DNA of 64,000 nt, taken from contig OZ076413.1 in the NCBI GenBank assembly GCA_964187785.1, positions 46,440,001 through 46,504,000 of the forward strand, given 5' to 3'. Source of the DNA: Amphiscolops sp. MND2022. Lineage: Eukaryota. The number at the start of each line of letters is the position of its first letter. Position 1 is the stretch's first letter. This document shows, one piece after another, positions 1-13,577 of this stretch. The translations under genes and the position numbers were made by a program. Under the pieces are notes generated by a model, which saw nothing but the letters and a program-made list of their open reading frames with translations, did no database searches and was not told the DNA's origin.

Positions 1-740
1 ACATTTGTACCACAATGGGAATCAGACATTCACCAAGAACTCCTTACGCACCATGGACGAATGGTTTAGTAGAGAATCAAAACAAAAACATTGGAACCCA
101 CCTCAGACTTTTTCTACATAACACACCAGAAAACTGGTCTAATCAAAACCATATGTACGCTTATGCACGTAATTCACAACCACTTTCTGAATTAAATCTT
201 TCACCATACGAAATAGTATTTCCTACTATACCAAGAATCCCAATAATTTTTGAACTCAATCTTCAAAGAGATACTTATAGAAACTGTACTTCTCAATACT
301 GTCAGGACTTACCACTTCATACACATTATGACAAATCAAATTTAAACCCTTTCTTTCATAAGATCTTATTGAAACCAATTCCACAATGGATGTTGGCTAC
401 TGAAACTGCTATGATACAAATATATCACACAGTCTACAAAAACACAAAAAGAAAAATTAATTCATCTGCTTATTTCATTAAAACATACAACAATCCGAGA
501 CCCTTTGACTTTGGTACATTTGTACTAAAAAGAAAATTTCTCCATTTTCAATTTCCAAATAAATTGTAACCTCTCAGATTTGGACCATTCAGAATCATTA
601 ACAAAATTTCTGATATCACATATGAATTTGTTAATCAAGATGGTTACACTTCTCATATTCACAGAAACCATTTAGTTCCTTATAACCCAAAGGAACCAAT
701 CATTTTTCCTTTCATACAACAATATAATCCATATTCATAA
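1..740 (+). pseudogene. Retroviral-type integrase C-terminal half with GPY/F module
   Basis: GIRHSPRTPYAPWTNGLVENQN contains the catalytic E region of DDE. After an in-frame stop at 567-569 the frame continues PLRFGPFRIINKISDITYE...HRNHLVPY, a GPF motif typical of Gypsy integrases. Confidence 0.9.
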
Positions 741-1504
741 TAATGACTCGAATATAAATGACCAATAGAGCCTTTTGATTCTTTTTCAGGTGAAGAACAA
801 TCAGTTGAAGACGAAGGCCACCCATTCGCAAATTCCAATAAAGAAACGGAAATACCATCCACATGTGACTTTCAACCAGAATCATTTAACCAATACTCCC
901 CATTTCCGTGCCAACAAGATTTTAAAAAAAAACCAATAAAACCAACTCAGAAAACCAATCTGATATTCATGACTACGATAACTATATTAATCCCCGAAGA
1001 CACACCTATGACAGATACAATTTCCGCCCACAACCACGAAAAGACTATCGACTTTTCCTCGTTGAAAAGGATATAATTTCATTTTCTCAAAAATCCTGCC
1101 GAAAGAAAGTTTGAGCTGAATAGTAATAGATAGTAATCTGAATAAAGAAACATTAAAAAGAGATAGTAAAAGAAATTGTAATTGAAATATGAACTGAAAT
1201 ATAAAAATAAAAATACTTCAAGATTAATAGACATAGACACTCACCTTCATCAAACAGAAACAACTCATCATCATCCAGTTCAACCCATTCATTCCCAACA
1301 TTACCTGAATATACCGAATATCTAAATTCGGATACAGACTTACTGGATTCCTCATTCTCAAATCATAGCCCATCTGCTCCATATTCTAATGATAGAGCAA
1401 CAGTAACGCCCAATAATACACCCATACTTCAAACTCAAACATCAGTAACAACAACTCAACCACAAAATATCATAACAACTCAACCACAATCCACTCCACA
1501 AAAC

Positions 1505-2665
1505 TTGCCATTTTCAGAAACAAGTTCACCAAGTGACTCTTGTGATGAATCACTCACAACCCAAAAAACTGTACAAGATACTTCAAGTTTCCTAAACAGA
1601 CCCCCTCTTCCACCGATTCCTACCACTCGCACTCTTCATATCCCTGATCCTAGCTCAGTTCTTCAATACGTTCATTCTTGTCCACATAGGATACCAACTG
1701 CAACAAAAACACCTAAAAAAATTCCTATACCAACATTACAAAATAACCTTGCTCTACCATCAACAAGTGAAACCCCAATAAAAACTATACCAGAACATAT
1801 AGTTAGTTCACCATCTGAACTAAGTTCATTTACATTTTCTCAAGTATACCCAAAACTAGAATTAGACCGCCTACAATCAAACACTGCTTCTTCCTTGACA
1901 GACCTATATTACAAAGATGAAGACTCTGATTCAATTGCTAGTACCAGAGTACCACGACATAGTTACAACCTCAGTTCCCAATCACGAGGAAATTCTCAAG
2001 AATTACAACCGTTAACTAGTTCCAGTACAAACTCAAGACTAGTTAGACAACACGCACAACCCAGATCAGACACCCTTTCTCTTTCCTCATCTCACCCCAC
2101 TATACCACCTTCTCTATCATTACCATTTCAAGTCACATCAGGATTTGAAACAGCATCCCTCCTTTCAGAAGATCCTCAAACTATATCAGATAGTGCAGCA
2201 AACTTTTCAAGAGTTTATTCACCTAGTTCAATACTATCTGATTCATCCATACAGTTAACCCAATATTTTCTAGAAGAATATTCGAGACCTCCTACACCAA
2301 ACCCACACGAATATCCTATTCGTGTTACCTCAAAGGTTATTCGTAGTCTTAACGAAGATTCTCGATACACTGTATTCCCAGATAGATTTATAAACAAAAG
2401 TTCTCTTTCAAACCCAAGAAAACAAAGAGAACTACGAAGATCACAAGAAGATCAATTAGTAATAAAATTCGAAGTTGAAGTTACATTCGACTCCTTAAAA
2501 CCCCATCCATTTTCACTTCCAACAAGAGTAGCACAAAAAACAACATCCTCATTTTTAGTCACATCAATATCTTATCTTTGTGACGCAGAATTACCGGAAA
2601 TTAGAACATGTCTTATAAACTTCTTTAATCCCTTCTCAGGACTTAACTATAGAACTAGATTTTGA
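1505..2665 (+). CDS. Ser/Pro/Thr-rich retroelement accessory ORF of unknown function (may start further upstream)
   Basis: 386-codon open frame between integrase and env with low-complexity S/P/T composition. Confidence 0.5.
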   Translation: MPFSETSSPSDSCDESLTTQKTVQDTSSFLNRPPLPPIPTTRTLHIPDPSSVLQYVHSCPHRIPTATKTPKKIPIPTLQNNLALPSTSETPIKTIPEHIVSSPSELSSFTFSQVYPKLELDRLQSNTASSLTDLYYKDEDSDSIASTRVPRHSYNLSSQSRGNSQELQPLTSSSTNSRLVRQHAQPRSDTLSLSSSHPTIPPSLSLPFQVTSGFETASLLSEDPQTISDSAANFSRVYSPSSILSDSSIQLTQYFLEEYSRPPTPNPHEYPIRVTSKVIRSLNEDSRYTVFPDRFINKSSLSNPRKQRELRRSQEDQLVIKFEVEVTFDSLKPHPFSLPTRVAQKTTSSFLVTSISYLCDAELPEIRTCLINFFNPFSGLNYRTRF

Positions 2666-2667
2666 CC

Positions 2668-5289
2668 ATGAAAAACATACTTTTCAATGCTTTTATTGCA
2701 TATATAATACACATTGTTAACTCTACATCAGTTCCTAAAGTTGATTCAACAAATTCAGAAAGTCATGTTTCGAACAAGATCCAAATATTTTGAACCTTAT
2801 GGAATCCATTTATGATTGTGCAAAACAAAACATCTTAAGACAGTTTAGCTTACTAAATCTTGAACCATGTAAACAAGCACCTTCAGATACACAACACACA
2901 AAAAACCCAAGCAACAGTATATGTTAGAGCAAAAGCAAAAAGAATCAAAGCCTTCGACTGTGAAACAAATATAGAAACCAAAAAAGTTTGGTGTTCCCAA
3001 ACATTTTCATCTAGTAGACGATATGATCGTTTACAATGGAGACACAAAAAACATTAGAACTTCCAAAAATACTTGACCGTGTTGAATGCAAAAATATGAT
3101 AAGATATTTAAACGCCACCGATAGTAACGAATTAAACAATTACAATATACAAAGTTCCTTCTCATTTTTTGATGATACTGATTATCAGAAAAAAATTGAA
3201 CAAGTTCAACAACCATTTTGAGTAACAAGATTAAATGCTTGGCATATCGGAACGTTCGCGTTCGTATATGATGAACATTATCCAGACTGGATAGTTAACT
3301 TCACACAAAATACTTATTCAAGATGTAAAAGTGACAGAGATTGTTTAATCACTCGAGAAAACCGGAAACTCAGAATACCTAATGCTGAAATAACATATGA
3401 TGATAAAAACAACCAAAGGATTCACGATGGATATATACTACCATGTTATCATTCAGACGGATTTTGTAAACCAACAATAAGAACCCCATACACATTGATA
3501 TGGTTTGATGAAAAATTTTGTCTCATAATTCGATTACAAGAACTTATTGGAAGAATCGAAAGGATTAAAGACCGATATTGGATAGAAACTGATAACTTTA
3601 TCAACTCCTCAAACATTACACAAAACCTTCAAAGCGAAGGAATACAAAGAACAAAATATCCCAATGTTAAAACACCACAATCAACCATAAACAATCCCAG
3701 GCCTTTCTCAATTTGAGATATACCCAATTGCACAAACATTTTGTGGAAAACCAGAACCATTGTATTCAACACAATATGACGACATCTTTGTTACATACTT
3801 AGATGGTTTTGATATGAATAATGGACAACCGAGACCACACTCAGTAGTAGATCAAATCATTAGTGGAAGGATACAGTTTGATACTTCTAATCAGAAGTAT
3901 ATATTCCCCGCACTGAGTGTATCAAACAATTTCGCCACTCTAGACTATGATGCTCATATCAATACAAAAATTGACTTCACAATAAATCATGTATTTATAT
4001 CTATGACAGTACCAGAAATAAAAACTCTTCACACAGTTTGGGAATTAGAAAGAACATAATTGTTAACAATCTTAGCTATGTCAGTTAAGAACCCTCAATT
4101 AGCCGGTTTTCTTTTAACCGGAAATCGCAGTAACTTCCTCTATGTTGAAGGATCTACAGCATGGCTGTATGATTGCCCTCATTTTATATCACCTTTATAC
4201 AAAGCAGATAAATGCTTTGATAGAATTCCCATACACTATAGAGAAACTATATGTATGTAGACCCCATAACAAGACAAACTTTTAATTATGCAACACCAGC
4301 AGAATGTGGAAGTAACCCACAAAACATATTGAATTAGATTCAGATACAGATGACGGAGATTTTTATGTGTTAACACCAGGCCCGCTCAAAAGAGAAGCAC
4401 CACAAATGTTTAAACCTACTCAAATTACGACAACAATAACACCCAATACATTTACCGCTCAAGATGCCGGTATATACTCAAATAAAGAATTAGATCAAAT
4501 CTGGAACCGAGTGTTATTCGCAAAACACTCAGATACAACTCTCCAATTACTCGGAAAATCATTAAATTATGATTTCAATACAGTACATAATGAACAACAC
4601 TCCTACACAGGATCAAATCCTTATAATCATTTAAGAATTGGATTACATGATCGCCTGTTCAACCTTTTACCACTTTTTAACCCTGACTGGTTTAGGCAAG
4701 CTTTCATTATCTTCTTTGGGTATCCATGTTATGTTTCAACACAATGTGGATTTTATTTCTCCACCTTTCTTTTCATTAGAGAAGTTTCAACTTTCCTACT
4801 TAAATTCTACAGAACAATTAGTATAAAATATAATCTCCAAAGCAACATTTCCATTTTGAGTTCAATAGCCCATGGATTTTTTATTATAGTGACATCGGAA
4901 ATGGTTACTGATTTAAACAATACTGGAAAACGCAAACGGATATATACTAAACACAAACTTACCACAAGTGAAACTGATAACATCCTGTTGTCCGAGAAAG
5001 GAACACAAAAAAATGAAAAGATACTCCGATAGTGACTCCCCTTATTTACCTCCCAAATATACAAGCAAGAATTCGACCCTTCAATCACCAAAAAAAGACA
5101 CACCCAAGTATCATTAACGATATTAGTTCACCTCAAATTTCTCAGGACTATGACCTCGTAGTACAAAATGTAATAGCTTTACCGGAAAGCCCCGCTAAAG
5201 TCTTTATAAAGTGTAACTCCTCCCAACTGAAAAAAGTAATCACCAAATAAAACAAATTAAACTCAAAGTTCAAAAATCAACAACGAATA
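2668..5289 (+). pseudogene. Env-like glycoprotein copy 1 (chuvirus-glycoprotein-like), disrupted, plus downstream sequence
   Basis: ATG at 2668 opens a signal-peptide-like MKNILFNAFIAYIIHIVNS. It is followed by a YDC motif, a Cys-rich ectodomain (ERT.LLTILAMSVKNPQLAGFLL...WLYDCP...CFDRIPI...YVDPITR...EC) and a C-terminal hydrophobic segment. Multiple stops and frameshifts. Confidence 0.75.
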
Positions 5290-7854
5290 ACATCAGTTCC
5301 AAATGTTGATTCAACAAATTCAGAAAGTCATATTTCAGAACAAGATCCAAATATTTTGAACCTTATGGTATCCCATTATGATTGTGCAAAACAAAACAAC
5401 TTAAGACAGTTTAGCTTACTAAATCTTGAAACAGGTAAACAAGCACCCTCAGATATACAACACACAGAAACTCAAGCAACAGTATCTGTTAGAGCAAAAG
5501 CAAAAAGAATCAAAGCCTTCGAATGTGAATCATATATAAAAACCAAAAAAGTTTGGTGTTCCCAAACCTTTTCATCTAGTAGACGATATGATCGTTTACA
5601 ATGGAGACAAAATACATTAGAACTTCCAAAAAAACTTGACCGTGTTGAATGCAAAAATATGATAAGATATTTAAAGGCCACCTATAGTAACGAATTAAAC
5701 AATTACAATATACAAAGTATCTTCTCATTTTTTGATGAAAGTGATTATCAGAATAAAATTGAACAAGTTCAACAACCATTTTGAGTAAAAAGATCAAAAT
5801 CTTGGCATATCGGAACGTTCGTATATGATGAACATTATCCAGACTGGATAGTTAACTTCACACAAAGTACTTATTCAAGATGTAGAAGTGACAGAGAACA
5901 TTTAATCACTCCAGAAAGTCGGAAACTCAGAATACCTAATGCTGAAATAACATATGATGATAAAAACAACCAAATGATTCACGATGGATAAATACTACCA
6001 TGTTATCATTCAGACGGATTTTGTAAACCAACAACAAGAACCCCATACACATTGATATGCTTTGATGAAAAATTTTGTCTCATATTTCGATTACAAGAAT
6101 TCATTGGAAAAATCACAAGTATTAAAGACCGATATTGGATAGAAACCGATAACTTTATTGACTCCTCAAACATTACACAAAACCTTCAAAGCGAGGGAAT
6201 ACAAAGAACAAAATATCCCAATGTTAAAACACCACAATCAACCATAAACAATCCAAGTCTTTCTCGATTTGAGATATTTCCAATTCCACGAACATTTTGT
6301 GGAAAACCAGAACCATTAAATTCAACACAATATGACGACATCTTTGTTACATACTTAGATGGTTTTGATATGAATAATGGACAATCGAGACCACACTCAA
6401 TAATAGATCAAAACATTAGTGGAAGGATACAGTTTGATACTTCTAATCAGAAGAATATATTCCCCGCACTAAGTGTATCAAACAATTTCGCCACTCTAGG
6501 CAATGATGCTCATATCAATACGAAAATTGACCTCACAATAAATCATGTATTTAAATCTATGACAGTACAAGAATTAAACACTCTTCACACAGCATGTGAA
6601 ATAGAAAGAACACAATTGTTGACAATCTTAGCTATGTCAGTTAAGAACCCTCAATTAGCCGGTTTTCTTTTAACTGGAAATCGCAGTAACTTCCTCTATG
6701 TTGAAGGATCTACAGCATGGCTGTATGATTGCCCTCATTTTATATCACCTCTATACAAAGCAGATAAATGCTTTGATAGAATTCCCATACACTATAGAGA
6801 AACTATTTGTATGTAGACCCCATAACAAGACAAACTTTTAATTGTGCAACACCAGCAGAATGTGGAAGTATCCCACAAAACACTATTGAATTAGATCCAG
6901 ATACAGATGACGGAGATTTTTATGTGTTAACACCAGACCCGCTCAAAAGAGAAGCACCACAAATGTTCAACCCTACTCAAATTAAGACAACAATAACACC
7001 CAATACATTTACCGCTCAAGGTGCCGGTATATACTCAAATAAAGAATTAGATCGAATCTGGAACAGAGTGTTATTCGCAAAACACTCAGATACAACTCTC
7101 CAATTACTCGGAAAATCATTAAGTTATGATTTCATTACAGTACATAATGAACAACACTCCTACACTGGATCAAATCCTTATAATCATTTAAGAATTGGAT
7201 TACATGATCACCTGTTCAACCTTTTACCACTTTTCAACCCTGACTGGTTTAGTCAAGCTTTCATTAATTTCTTTGGGTATCCATGTCATGTTTCAACACA
7301 ATGTGGATTTTGATTCTCCACCTTTCTTTTCATTAGAGAAGTTTTAACTTTCCTACTTAAATTCTACAGAACAATTAGTATAAAAAATAATCTCCAAAGC
7401 AACATTTCCATTTTGAGTTCAATAGCCCATGGATTTTTTATTATAGATATTTTTTATTATACATCGGAAATGGTTATGATTTAAACAATACTAGAAACGC
7501 AAACGGATATATACTAAACACAAAATTACCACAAGTGAAACTGATAAAATCCTGTTGTCCGAAAAAGGAACACAAAAAATTGAAAAGTACTCCGATAGTG
7601 ACTCCCTTATTTACCTCCCAAAAATACAAGCACGAATTCGACCCTTCAATCACCAAAAAAGACACACCCAGGTAATATCAATGATATTAGTTCCCCTCAA
7701 ATTTCTCAGGACTATGACCCCATAGTACAAAATGTAATAGCTTTACCAATAAGCCCCGCTAAAGTCTTTATAAAATTTAACTCCTCCTAACTGAAAAAAG
7801 TAATAACCAAATAAAACAAATTAAACTCAAAGTTCAAAAAATCAACAACGAATA
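5290..7854 (+). pseudogene. Env-like glycoprotein copy 2 (tandem duplicate of 2725-5289, lacks signal peptide)
   Basis: Near-identical direct repeat starting ACATCAGTTCC at 5290 and ending CAACAACGAATA at 7854; unit ~2565 bp. Confidence 0.85.
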
Positions 7855-8215
7855 GCTCCACAATTCAACTTTCATTCTACCCAAAAATTCTCACTTGGAC
7901 AAGTTGCCTACCTCAACTCAACCACACGACTTCACTTGTAACGTCATACTCCACTTGGAAAAATTCTTCACTCCCTGTAAACTGAGAATCACAGAAATCA
8001 CACCGGGAACAGATACCACTGTGATTATTGATGTTTTGACCCACAATTGACATTCCAATTTTGTAAGTACAATTTAAACTTCTTTTTTCAAAAAACTCTA
8101 AACGAATGAACAAAAATTACCTAAAAACTTAACACTCTTGTCTGTTTTAACTTAACCTTATCATTTGTCAAACAAGTTACTATTTTAGCGCTACAAATTC
8201 AAGCAAGTTAAAATA

Positions 8216-10700
8216 ATGGAATCCTTGCCTGAAACTGATGTAGTTAACTCTAGTTCTTCCGAATCGCTTGCATCCCCTTTGAATATAACTATACAACAAA
8301 ATGTTAACGAAGATAATAATTCATCTTCACAATCTCAAGAACCCTGCGAAACTATTCCAGTAGAACAAAGTGACCATAAAAACTCAAAATCTCAAAAAAA
8401 AGAGAATATCCAGATATAACCGCTGATAAACCTTTTATAGAATCTGGCGCCTGCCCTCCTTTCATAAAGCCATTGAAACAAGATGAAAATCGAGATTGTG
8501 ATCTATTTCCCATCTTATCATCAAGACAATTCTTATTTCAAGCCCATCTAACCTCTTTGCATATGATTCCAACGAAATACAAATTCATCATCAAAGAATT
8601 CAAAAATGATTACCATACCTCAATTGCTTTAAAATTAATCACCCCATATGATTGGTGGTTAAACAATAAAGAGAAAATTTTCTCACTTCAATACAATTTC
8701 CTAAGACCATCTCCATATGATCTTAGAACCGAAGAGAACGATGCTAATTTCTTGCCATACCAAACAAAGAAAGCCCATCATATTACATACCAGAAATTCC
8801 TCCAATACAAAGAACCTGAAAACTATATCTTCTTCAACTCGAAATATACTTCACCTTTCACTTTCAACTCAGAGTATCTAATACACAATACCAGAATAAA
8901 AAGAAAACTCAAAAATATTACCCATTGAAACAAAGTTTTCTCTTCTTTCCAAATGAGAATCCAAAAAGACGAATCATAGTATCACAGGAATACCTCATCA
9001 TGAATGATGAAGAAGATATACCCCAATGAATATCAGACCCTCTTCCTCCAGCTCAACCCATAGCCTTACAACCTCTTGGACACTGTGGAAAATCTTATTA
9101 TTACGCCATAGCAAAAAAAGGATACTCCCATAATGAACTATTATTCATTATTTCTCATCTTATCTCAATTCTTACAAACGGAAATACCAAAGAACACAAA
9201 AAGACAAATCAAGAAACTCCAAAGAAACCAACAATCGACACTCCTCAACCAGAAAGTTTTCTTTCCCCCCACTGAAGAAATGCAAAAATATAAAGAATTA
9301 ATGGAAATTTTAAAACCGTATCATAACCCAAAAAAGGATACACTCATTACTATTGCTGATATTGTAAATACACTTGAACAAGCCCGAGATCTAATGCAAA
9401 ATATTGCATTTGATACGACAAGAGTTGACCAATCAGCTGTTGACCAAAAGATCCAACAATCTAATTGGTAATTATGAGATAAAAGCTTATAAAATTTTAA
9501 CACTTAACTCCTAATCCTTTAATAACCTGTCAAAATAACTTCAATATACCTACTAATGCTTGCTATGCATGATTATATTTTATGTTAATCATTAGAACAC
9601 ACTTGTATACCAGTATAACATAAATGTTCATTACGGACATAAAAATTTTCAACAAAACTCCTGAAATTGTTCAATTTTTAACGAACCGAATTTAACAAAT
9701 GAGACCTTAAACGAAAAATATTCAAATACTCTTCAAAAGACTTCTTTCAATATAAGCCATCTAAATTCTTAAAATTAAAAAGATGGAACACAATAAAATA
9801 CATCAGAGAAATGTCAACAAAACAACTTTATCTGAAAAGAAAATTTAAATGTGAACAAACTATTCTATTTTAGGTGAAAACCGTCAAACTTTTTTCTTCC
9901 TTCAACTCGCCGATTCAATGTCTCTTCAAAACGACAACTCTTCAAAGAATATTTATTTCAATTCTTCCATTTCAACCTCGATGACTTCGCATGATACATC
10001 TGTAGTAGAATTCCCAATTGCTTCCACTCGACACCGATCTCCTATTCTAAAGAAACATATGTCAACATTATATACCCAGCTTACACAAGAGGAAAAGGCA
10101 GACCCACATTTGACACGAATGATCCTCTTACTTATGTTTCAAATATTTCAGATCAACAAAATAAATTTTGAGCAATACCTTAAATTGCATAAACATCCTG
10201 ATACTTTCATTCAAAAATGTGACGCTATGACCCAGACGGATTAAACCGCTATTCGACCAAAACCCTTTCTCAAAAATCTATCCAATAGAATGCGTACTCC
10301 ATTAGACAAGAAAAATCTCGTACACTACTGGCCATCGGATGATAATGATTCCAACGATGATGAACTTCAAAAGGACCCTCCTGAAACATTTCTTAACCAA
10401 AATTCTCCATACAAGACCTATACTTACATCGCATTTTGAATTAATCATTCACCAACAGATCCCGATTGTTACAGCACAAGATCAGCTGTCTGGACCCTCA
10501 ACACTGACCATATGAGAACCCCTCAATATTGACCAACTGAGAAGTTGCAGTAGACGACTCCACATCCATCGAGAAGAATGCCATAGACGATCCCACCATC
10601 GATCCTTCTAAGCCGATCCCACCTTCAATTCTGTGATTCCAACAACCATCCAAGACGATCCAATAAGCAAATAATACGAACAGCAACAAAGAGCGAAAGC
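8216..10700 (+). pseudogene. Fragmented accessory ORFs in the retroelement 3' region
   Basis: Several plus-strand ORF fragments (8216-8928, 9133-9471, 9918-10244) share the element's composition. No recognisable domain. Confidence 0.4.
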
Positions 10701-11522
10701 AAGACAAAAAACATTTTACTTGATAAAACTTGAAAAACTTTCAAAATACAATTACGATATTTTCTAATTTAATGTGTTTATATCTATTAGGTAGAATAAA
10801 TTTCCCCCCATATTTATTTGCCCTAAGTTACAATGATATTCATTCCATATGATATTTATTTGCCAAATTTTAAAAGCATATTTCTTTATTATTTTTCGCT
10901 GCTATTCTATCACTTAAAACAAAAGAATTCAATCATTTGTTAACAAAAATCTTTTCAAAATTTCAACAAAACCAGCTCAAAAATTGATCAAGCCCACTGT
11001 TCTATTTCAATTCGAATAATGAGAAGCCCACTTTCTCAAAGATTTCAACATTTCCTATATAACAATCCCGCCAAAGTTGAAAACAGCCTGAAACCTTTTC
11101 AGACAGTTTTCATACTTGATGCAAAACTTTTTTACCAACAATTCTAATTGAATCTTTGACCTTTAACTCATATGATGTTTGCTCACGATTTGTCAAATGC
11201 GAAGCTGATTCAGTATCTTCAACAAAGGCATAGAACCGAGCCGCTACCAGTTCAAAAACATAGGCCCGAAAGCATAGTGAAACAGACCATTTTAATGCCT
11301 TTGAACTATAGTCGCACTTATGAGGTCTAATGAAGTTGTCACATATTTTGACAGACAACTCGAGGTCTACCATTGAGTCGAACTCTCGCCAACCTAAAAG
11401 AGACTTATGCCAATCATCCATCAAACGAGAAATTGAACTAGCTGAAACGCTAAAAAGCACTTGAACAAAAAATTTTACTTTGCTTTATTCATTTGATATA
11501 ATGTAAAAACTTTACCTTATTT

Positions 11523-11538
11523 AAAAAACCGGGATGAA
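11523..11538 (+). other. Polypurine tract
   Basis: AAAAAACCGGGATGAA lies immediately before the TGT that starts the putative LTR. Confidence 0.65.
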
Positions 11539-11758
11539 TGTACTGACCTACATTGATAACCAATAGTAGTTAGATGTTTATAGAATGTTATAGAATGTAC
11601 ATTTATTCAATATTGAATAACTGTAAAACTCTACTCCTTCAGAGAGAGAAACTAATAATCAGTGTTTAGTCGACTTTCTTTTTACTCCTCTTTTCAGACC
11701 TCCAAGCTTTAGTAGAGCCAGCTAGCTAGCATCCTTCTAATAACTTAGCTCTGTAACA
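11539..11758 (+). repeat. Putative 3' LTR (~220 bp)
   Basis: Starts TGTAC right after the PPT and ends GTAACA. The 5' LTR is not in the window, so this cannot be confirmed. Confidence 0.6.
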
Positions 11759-12564
11759 TCTAGAGAAAGACCACCACCACTAAAAATAAAAGACTCTTTA
11801 AAGCAGCACATTGTTGAACTTTGAGAGGCTCGTTTGCAATATTGACTTCGTTTTGATGGATGATATATGACACTTTGCAACCATCTGGGTTGGTAAATGT
11901 GTTGATAAGTGTTCTTGTTGTAATATTTCGGGAACATGGTTTGTTGGAGTAATTTTTGTAAATTCTGGTAACTCGGATTACGTTATAAAAATTTATTGGT
12001 GTTTGTTTGGATCTGTAAAGATCTGTTATCTCTACAGACCTGCACAGATTGCTGCCGAAAAATGTTTCATCAAATTGACATAAATGAGACTTCTTTCTAG
12101 TGTTAAACATTTTTATTATTCATTTGACATTGCTGTGGGGTTTTCATTGTGTTTCCGAGTAGGTCGTTTTTCTTCGAATCTGCACATATCTGCAAAGATC
12201 TGCAAAAATTCTGCACACCTGCACAGATTCGCAAAGATCAAAAACCTGGGTAATTGTACAAGTTCAAGTAGACAACCAAAAATGAGTCTCTTTTATATAA
12301 TTGTTACACCTTCCGACGAATACCCATCACGTTAGACAAAAAAAAGGTAACGGAACTTCAACTTCCACGCACAATGTCTCAAACTCAGCTGCAAACAACA
12401 AACTTGAACAAAAGAAGCTAATCAATAACCCCTATCAAGTCGCAAAGCAAATGTTGTTCAACATCACTCGCCTGCAAATCCCAATATTGCTGCGCACACA
12501 CGACTAAGTTTACGAGAATAGTTTGGGTCAAAAACCATTTTTCGAGACAAACACCTTTGAGGCG

Positions 12565-12764
12565 NNNNNNNNNNNNNNNNNNNNNNNNNNNNNNNNNNNN
12601 NNNNNNNNNNNNNNNNNNNNNNNNNNNNNNNNNNNNNNNNNNNNNNNNNNNNNNNNNNNNNNNNNNNNNNNNNNNNNNNNNNNNNNNNNNNNNNNNNNNN
12701 NNNNNNNNNNNNNNNNNNNNNNNNNNNNNNNNNNNNNNNNNNNNNNNNNNNNNNNNNNNNNNNN
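12565..12764. other. Assembly gap (200 N)
   Basis: Run of 200 N. Confidence 1.
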
Positions 12765-13577
12765 AGTGCTTTCATTGCGTTAAAACACGATAATGCGCTA
12801 AAACGCGTTATTTCGCGCAAAAAACTCGTTTTATGCACATTATCGTGTTTTAACGCAATGAAAGCTTTGGGAATGGTGCAAATGCATTGAATTATGCAGA
12901 AATAGGCTAACTAACGCTAAAACAAGCGTTTCCTTGCGTTTAAACGCGTTTTTGAGCAAAAACGACGTTAATGCGCTAAAACGCGTTATTTCGCGCTAAA
13001 AACGCGTTTTACGCACTTTATTGTGTTTTAACGCAATGAAAGCACTGGGAATGGTGCAAATGCATTGAATTTTGCAGAAATAGGCTAACTAACGCTAAAA
13101 CAAGCGTTTCCCTGCGTTTAAACGAGTTTTTGAGCAAAAACGACGTTAATGCGCTCAAACGCGTTATTTCGCGCTAAAAACGCGTTTTAGCGCATTAACG
13201 TCGTTTTTGCTCGAAAACTCGTTTAAACGCAGGTAAAAGCTTGTTTTAGCGTTATTAGCCTATCTCTGCATAATTCAATGCATTTGCACCATTCCCAGTG
13301 CTTTCATTGCGTTAAAACACAATAATGTGCATAAAACGCGTTTTTAGCGCGAAATAACGCGTTTTAGCGCATTAACGTGGTTTTTGCTCAAAAACTCGTT
13401 TAAACGCAGGAAAACGCTTGTTTTAGCGTTAGTTAGCCTATTTCTGCATAATTCAAGGCATTTGCACCATTCCCAGTGCTTTCATTGCGTTAAAACACGA
13501 TAATGCGCTAAAACGCGTTATTTCGCGCAAAAAACGCGTTTTTTGCAGATTATCGTGTTTTAACGCAATGAAAGCAC
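12765..13577. repeat. ~178-bp satellite whose units switch orientation at a palindromic core (foldback array)
   Basis: Five cores TAATGCGCTAAAACGCGTTATTTCGCGCTAAAAACGCGTTTTAGCGCATTA (or variants). The intervening segments run rev, fwd, fwd, rev, rev, fwd (partial). Confidence 0.9.

Larger units (their letters stand above)
1..11758 (+). mobile_element. Decayed Ty3/Gypsy-type LTR retrotransposon with env-like gene (3' portion; 5' part outside the window)
   Basis: Order is integrase C-terminus, ORF, env-like gene, extra ORFs, PPT, then a TG...CA LTR. A/C-rich plus strand throughout, with many stops and frameshifts. Confidence 0.88.

Noticed and set aside
11110..11460. 116-aa antisense ORF near the PPT
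   Set aside because: Non-ATG start, no motif and no independent support.
12464..12838. ORFs containing X runs
   Set aside because: They span the assembly gap.
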